64,000 nucleotides of DNA. Source: an uncultured Mollicutes bacterium. GTDB taxonomy: Bacteria > Bacillota_I > Bacilli_A > ML615J-28 > CAG-313. The DNA lies in contig CALEGV010000072.1 of NCBI GenBank assembly GCA_937875785.1, positions 4,543 to 68,542 on the forward strand. Reading direction: 5' to 3'. Shown here piece by piece: positions 59,813 to 64,000 of this stretch. How positions within the stretch are numbered: the stretch's first letter is position 1; each line of letters opens with the position of its first letter. The notes beneath the pieces are model-generated. The model did no database searches and was not told the DNA's origin. It saw only the letters and a list, made by a program, of their open reading frames with translations. A program made the position numbers and the translations under genes.

Positions 59813-60313
59813 TTAAACTCCTTTTAGTTCTTCAGCCGTTACAAAGTTTACAACAACATTACTTGCTTTATCGAAAGTACCATAGATGATATCTATTACA
59901 TCTAAAGCAGCTGTAGCACTTGAATTTGTTGCAACTACAATTACCTCAACTCCAGTAGCTGTATAGTGAACAAAAGCATCGCGATAACCTAAATTCATAA
60001 CTTTGCTTTCTAGTAGTACTTCTTGCTCATTTAAAGCGGAAATTTGCTCCTTTTCTGAGATTGCAGCAGTTTTACTAACAAGAGTTGCATTCTCATCTGC
60101 TATAATATCATTTAAAGATGCTAGTTTTAAATTTCGTTCATCTCTAACCGCTTGTCGCATTGCAGATAATTCTTCGGTTCTACTTGTTACATTATTCACA
60201 TTAATAACAGGAGTATCATCTCCTCCACTATTTTTAGTTGGAGATTTTAAATACCACACCGCAAGCATTGTAATAACTGTAAGAAAAATTAAGGCAAATT
60301 GATTTTTTTTCAT
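59813..60313 (-). CDS. spoIIIAH: SpoIIIAH-like protein (stage III sporulation AH family)
   Basis: 166 aa with an N-terminal TM (FALIFLTVITMLAVWYL). It has a coiled segment RQAVRDERNLKLASLNDIIADENAT and a C-terminal LESKVMNLGYRDAFVHYTATGVEVIVV...VVVNF pattern, as in the SpoIIIAH family. Confidence 0.6.
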   Translation of the reverse strand: MKKNQFALIFLTVITMLAVWYLKSPTKNSGGDDTPVINVNNVTSRTEELSAMRQAVRDERNLKLASLNDIIADENATLVSKTAAISEKEQISALNEQEVLLESKVMNLGYRDAFVHYTATGVEVIVVATNSSATAALDVIDIIYGTFDKASNVVVNFVTAEELKGV

Positions 60314-60374
60314 GTTTTAGTCCTCCTCAAAATCATTACAATATATGAAAAGTGAACTAAAAATATGCACAAAT

Positions 60375-61706
60375 TTATTCTATATGATATGTATCTTCCG
60401 TCTCAATTTTTTTAAAGTTTAACTTCTGCTTCTTTATACCTGGAATATCTGGTTTATTTGAGTTATCTTTGTCATTTTCATCCTCAACTGGTTCTAACAA
60501 CTTAGGATCTGTATTAATTCTAAATGTTACAACAATGTAATATATCAATTCCATCACCAAAAGAATTAATATTAATTTATCAAATGACAAAAAGAATCCT
60601 AAAATAAATCCAATCAATGAAGTAACCAAATAGGTAATGGAACAAATAGCATAATATTCTCTAAATTTTGACATCACAAATTTTTTCGACATCAACCAAG
60701 TAATGAAAACCCACAAAAATGGAAAGATTAAATTGATTACACAAACAAATAATGAATATATGCTCTTTTGCACATTCGCATCTGAAAGCACCATTAACTC
60801 AACCAATTGACTCAAAGCCTCATTCACATTTTCGTTTGTTTTGAAATTTGCCTGTTCCGATTCATCATTTATAACAGTATAGTCTATATTTTTATATAGA
60901 TATTCTGAATGAACCAAAACTTCTCTAATGGTTGGTAATAGTTTAGGTGAGGCCGATAGTATATTTCCCTCATATTCAAGGGTTTCATCCTTGGATACTT
61001 TTCTCGTCCAAAGGGATACATCCCATTTGCCATACTCATTTTTTCTGAATTCATTTTCATTATTCAAATCTGGCAAATAATAATTTATTTCAAAAGTAGT
61101 TGTATCATATTCATACATTGGCAAAACAGAATTTGCCTTATTTCCACTTTCCAAATTATAAGCATAGTAAAAAGATGTTTTAGTGAAAACGTATAAAATA
61201 TATTCCATATTCTCTTCTTTATCCTGTCTTAAATAACCATCTAAATCAAAAACATCTTTAAATGCTGAATTTTGAAGATGAAAATTGCCTTCATCATCTT
61301 TAAATGGATCGTAATCTTCTAAAAATACAACTGTTAGGTCAATTCTTTTGGAACTATTTTTTTCCTTTAAAATATTATGGATAGCTTTTCGATAGGTATT
61401 TCCTTCTGAAATTCCTGTTTCGTTGCAATCCAAGCAAAGTTCTCCACCAATATTATCTATTTTATAATCAGGGAATTCTTCCTTTGTTTCTACATATTCA
61501 TATACATTTTTCGTAAAATCTGGTGTGTTAATCATCTTTCTCATAAATCTTGGTGTTGAAATATTGATAGAGAACAATAGAATCAATGTTGCACCAAAAA
61601 AAATTCCCAATGAAAAAATGAAACGCATATTGTGATGGCGGTACATTTTTCGAGGGAGAAAAAACGATAGAATTAAATCTTTTTTATTTTTTTTCATTTT
61701 TTTCAC
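60375..61706 (-). CDS. Uncharacterised polytopic membrane protein (443 aa)
   Basis: In order: a basic N-terminus, a TM (FIFSLGIFFGATLILLF), an extracytoplasmic domain of about 270 aa, 3-4 C-terminal TMs and an acidic tail. Its start overlaps the upstream gene's stop (ATGA, 61703-61706). I recognise no family. Confidence 0.5.
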   Translation of the reverse strand: MKKMKKNKKDLILSFFLPRKMYRHHNMRFIFSLGIFFGATLILLFSINISTPRFMRKMINTPDFTKNVYEYVETKEEFPDYKIDNIGGELCLDCNETGISEGNTYRKAIHNILKEKNSSKRIDLTVVFLEDYDPFKDDEGNFHLQNSAFKDVFDLDGYLRQDKEENMEYILYVFTKTSFYYAYNLESGNKANSVLPMYEYDTTTFEINYYLPDLNNENEFRKNEYGKWDVSLWTRKVSKDETLEYEGNILSASPKLLPTIREVLVHSEYLYKNIDYTVINDESEQANFKTNENVNEALSQLVELMVLSDANVQKSIYSLFVCVINLIFPFLWVFITWLMSKKFVMSKFREYYAICSITYLVTSLIGFILGFFLSFDKLILILLVMELIYYIVVTFRINTDPKLLEPVEDENDKDNSNKPDIPGIKKQKLNFKKIETEDTYHIE

Positions 61707-63448
61707 CTTTCAATTATTAAACACGTCAATTGATTAATTAATTCTACATCTTCTTTTTGAGGAATACATGCAAAAACAACTACTTTTCCTTCATCATAAT
61801 AGGAATTAAGCAAAGCGATAATATGAGGATTGCCATTTGACAATGATGTCTGACATTCGAAATCTCTAATGATAATAGCATCCATTTGTTTCATTAAAAT
61901 ATGATACTCTAAATTCATAAATATAGTCGAATCAGCAATTAAAACAAAACCCATAGATTTCAATTTTGTAATCATTTCATACATCTTTTCACAACTTAAC
62001 TTTATGATAGGAGGTATGTGTAGAATCAATTTACACATTGGAAATTGATTTATAATTTTTTTTAATACTTCTTGTACTTTACGTTTACTAAGTGTATGAA
62101 CAAGAAGCGTAAATACAGGATGATGAACCGATTGCTTCAGAGATGATTCCATTTTAGCAATCATTGTTTGCTCAAAAATCTTGTAAGCAGCTATATCATA
62201 GAAATTAGGGATAGGCTCAATAATGATTTCACCTATTTCTTTTTCATTCGCTGCAGCAATTAAAATTTTGTTTTTTCTAGGATATTGCGCATCACATAAT
62301 AATATATCCTCATTTTTTTGGTTTAGATAAGTTGAATACTCTTCATAAACAAACTCATCTGGCAAATTTGTTTGAAGGTAATTGATTACTTTTTGTAAAT
62401 CCACCCCATATGCTAAATCATTAGGAATATTTATAATATGATAATATCTTTTTTTAAGTCGATAAGCAATATCTAATTTCAATTTTTTCGTAATTTCTTG
62501 ATTGACTAACTGACAAATTGTATATTCATCCACTTTATAAAATTTATAAAGCGATTCTGGATAAGAGGTAGTAGCAATCTCAATTAATATTTTGGCAAGA
62601 CTTGCAATTTCTTCACTTTTATCAATACTTCGCAAATAAATAAGCGATAATGGTTGTGCAAATTGATGATTATGGATGGAGTCAAGCGTAAAATATTCTA
62701 TTTCACTTAACGACATAAAATCATTGCGTTTGGCAGTGTAAAAAAAAGTATATGTCTCTTCATCTTGTTTGTGCATGGATGAAAGTGCTTTTTTTATAAT
62801 CAAATCATTTGTATTATGTTTAGTCTTATCGACATAATTATTTGCCAAATGATAATCCTGTTTAAATTGGTCATTACAATAATACGCATTTACTATTTTG
62901 GACCTTACAACTACTTGAAACTTTTCATTAGAAAGTATACTTTGCTTGATATGTTCTACTATCTGATGGATTTGATCTTCATAAAGTTTTCTTTGCAATG
63001 TCAATAGGCGTTGATTGGAAAAGTGTATATCAGGATGTATCATATTAGAATAAACAATTACAATCCCAGAAAGTTGTTGATCTTTTTTCCCAAAATTGTG
63101 AAAAAATGGAACAACTACTAACGAAACCATTTTGAATTCTCGTAAATCACGAAAATAGTAAGGATCTTTCACTTCATATGATATTTTATCATGTAATAAG
63201 ATAAATGGAGATGTAGCATCAAGAGCAATCTCTATAATTGTTCCCATGATTTGATCAGTATTGTATTTTTTTTCAAAAATATAGGGTTCTTTCACGTGAT
63301 ACACGGTCAATTCAAGATTAGTCCCACAAACTAATCCTAAATCTGCTTTCGACTCATTGAAGAAGACAAAGCATAATTCAGTGCATTGATTATTTATGAA
63401 TTGGTCACGATATTGGCTCATAAAATCAAGAATAAGGTTGCGATACAT
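61703..63448 (-). CDS. Uncharacterised cytoplasmic protein with a GAF-like N-terminus and degenerate GGDEF-like and EAL-like regions (catalytic motifs absent)
   Basis: 581 aa. The C-terminus KLKSMGFVLIADSTIFMNLEYHILMKQMDAIIIRDFE...GKVVVFACIPQKEDVELINQLTC parallels the EAL-domain segments [37 protein letters not shown]...GLKVVAEGVETEEQLEFLRELGC. However, DDFGTG and EGVE are not conserved. The domain assignment is by eye only. Confidence 0.35.
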   Translation of the reverse strand: MYRNLILDFMSQYRDQFINNQCTELCFVFFNESKADLGLVCGTNLELTVYHVKEPYIFEKKYNTDQIMGTIIEIALDATSPFILLHDKISYEVKDPYYFRDLREFKMVSLVVVPFFHNFGKKDQQLSGIVIVYSNMIHPDIHFSNQRLLTLQRKLYEDQIHQIVEHIKQSILSNEKFQVVVRSKIVNAYYCNDQFKQDYHLANNYVDKTKHNTNDLIIKKALSSMHKQDEETYTFFYTAKRNDFMSLSEIEYFTLDSIHNHQFAQPLSLIYLRSIDKSEEIASLAKILIEIATTSYPESLYKFYKVDEYTICQLVNQEITKKLKLDIAYRLKKRYYHIINIPNDLAYGVDLQKVINYLQTNLPDEFVYEEYSTYLNQKNEDILLCDAQYPRKNKILIAAANEKEIGEIIIEPIPNFYDIAAYKIFEQTMIAKMESSLKQSVHHPVFTLLVHTLSKRKVQEVLKKIINQFPMCKLILHIPPIIKLSCEKMYEMITKLKSMGFVLIADSTIFMNLEYHILMKQMDAIIIRDFECQTSLSNGNPHIIALLNSYYDEGKVVVFACIPQKEDVELINQLTCLIIER

Positions 63449-63457
63449 AAATACCCC

Positions 63458-63898
63458 CTAATATTCTAAGGTAATGGTTACAGGTCCATCACATGTGATA
63501 TTCAATTTCATATCAGCACCAAAAACACCAACTTTAACTTCTTTTTTTAAAATGGTTGATAATTCTGCATTAAATGCTTCATATAATATAAGCGCCTGTT
63601 TTGCCTCAAGAGCATCAACAAATGAAGGACGATTTCCATTATAAGGATTGGCATATAGAGTAAATTGAGAAATAGATAATATTTCACCTTTTATATCTTG
63701 AATAGACAAGTTCATTTTTCCTGCATCATCTTCAAAAATACGCAAGTGAATAATTTTATGTATCATCTTCTTTATCACATCAAGAGTATCAGTTTTAGTA
63801 AAACCAACTAAAATCATACATCCTTGGCTTATCTCGGATATCAAATGATTATCGACAATACAGTTTGCCTTTTGCACACGTTGAATTATTGCTCTCAT
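63458..63898 (-). CDS. dtd: D-aminoacyl-tRNA deacylase
   Basis: 146 aa. Contains MRAIIQRV...GCMILVGF, ...SQFTLYA and ...GNRPSF. It lies downstream of relA as in Bacillus. Confidence 0.9.
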   Translation of the reverse strand: MRAIIQRVQKANCIVDNHLISEISQGCMILVGFTKTDTLDVIKKMIHKIIHLRIFEDDAGKMNLSIQDIKGEILSISQFTLYANPYNGNRPSFVDALEAKQALILYEAFNAELSTILKKEVKVGVFGADMKLNITCDGPVTITLEY

Positions 63899-64000
63899 TA
63901 CTTGTTCACTCTTTCAATTTGATATATTTCTCTAATTTTATTAAGATTCACAATGGCATTATTTAAGGCATCTACATTAGCCACTTGAAGTTTGAATTTA
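63898..64000 (-). CDS. relA: C-terminal end of a RelA/SpoT-family (p)ppGpp synthetase; 5' part lies outside the window
   Basis: Hand translation gives ...KFKLQVANVDALNNAIVNLNKIREIYQIERVNK, ending at a stop. This is the ACT-domain tail pattern. The stop overlaps the dtd start (TAATG). The call rests mainly on synteny. Confidence 0.5.
   Translation of the reverse strand, partial: KFKLQVANVDALNNAIVNLNKIREIYQIERVNK

Noticed and set aside
1-64000. Search for tRNA, rRNA, tmRNA, CRISPR repeats, transposase or IS ends, and toxin-antitoxin or defence-system genes
   Set aside because: No GGTTCGAATCC-type T-arm context, rRNA-like GC-rich block in the AT-rich part, short direct-repeat/spacer array or recognisable defence or TA protein was seen. 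This is an unaided visual scan, so small RNAs and short elements could have been missed.

Overview
This 64-kb window is not one genome.

**Left part (1 to about 13,290).** This is a mid-GC Bacteroidales-type polysaccharide utilization locus (PUL), entirely on the minus strand. It encodes:
- a SusC/SusD pair;
- a clan GH-A glycosidase lipoprotein;
- a Na+/solute symporter;
- a UxuA-family dehydratase, an RraA-family protein, UxaC and an SDR-type UxuB;
- a GH88/GH105-type unsaturated uronyl hydrolase;
- a BNR-4 protein.

**Right part (about 13,290 to 64,000).** At about 13,290 the sequence switches abruptly to very AT-rich DNA. This is a core-chromosome segment of a spore-forming low-GC Firmicute, Erysipelotrichia/Clostridia-like. 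It uses genetic code 11, since TGA is a stop in nrdG. Synteny is Bacillus-like:
- deoB-xerD-spoIIM, hemW-lepA, nrdDG, proS, tldD/pmbA;
- gpsA-der-cmk::rpsA, parEC-plsY-yneF, nif3-trmK-sigA-dnaG-glyQS;
- yqfCD-rpsU, rdgB-gerM, hbs-spoIVA, a spoIIIAH-like gene, dtd-relA.

**The breakpoint.** It lies inside one 1146-aa ORF. That ORF fuses, in frame, a 3'-truncated alpha/beta hydrolase to a 5'-truncated SusC. An assembly or concatenation chimera is the most economical explanation.

**Other points worth a second look:**
- a decayed type IV coupling protein (T4CP) pseudogene between pmbA and proS, probably a mobile-element scar;
- a translationally coupled pair of uncharacterised genes next to an orphan spoIIIAH-like gene: a degenerate GAF/GGDEF/EAL-like protein and a polytopic membrane protein;
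- a roughly 1190-aa lipoprotein with seven tandem Listeria-Bacteroides repeats, and a nuclease lipoprotein carrying the same repeat;
- a cmk::rpsA gene fusion;
- proS and glyQS without T-box leaders;
- a 55-aa ferredoxin that the ORF track misses.

I found no rRNA, tRNA or CRISPR array by eye.

**Limits.** All family calls rest on motif and pattern recognition of the translations, not on computed alignments. Start codons were refined by hand from RBS spacing.
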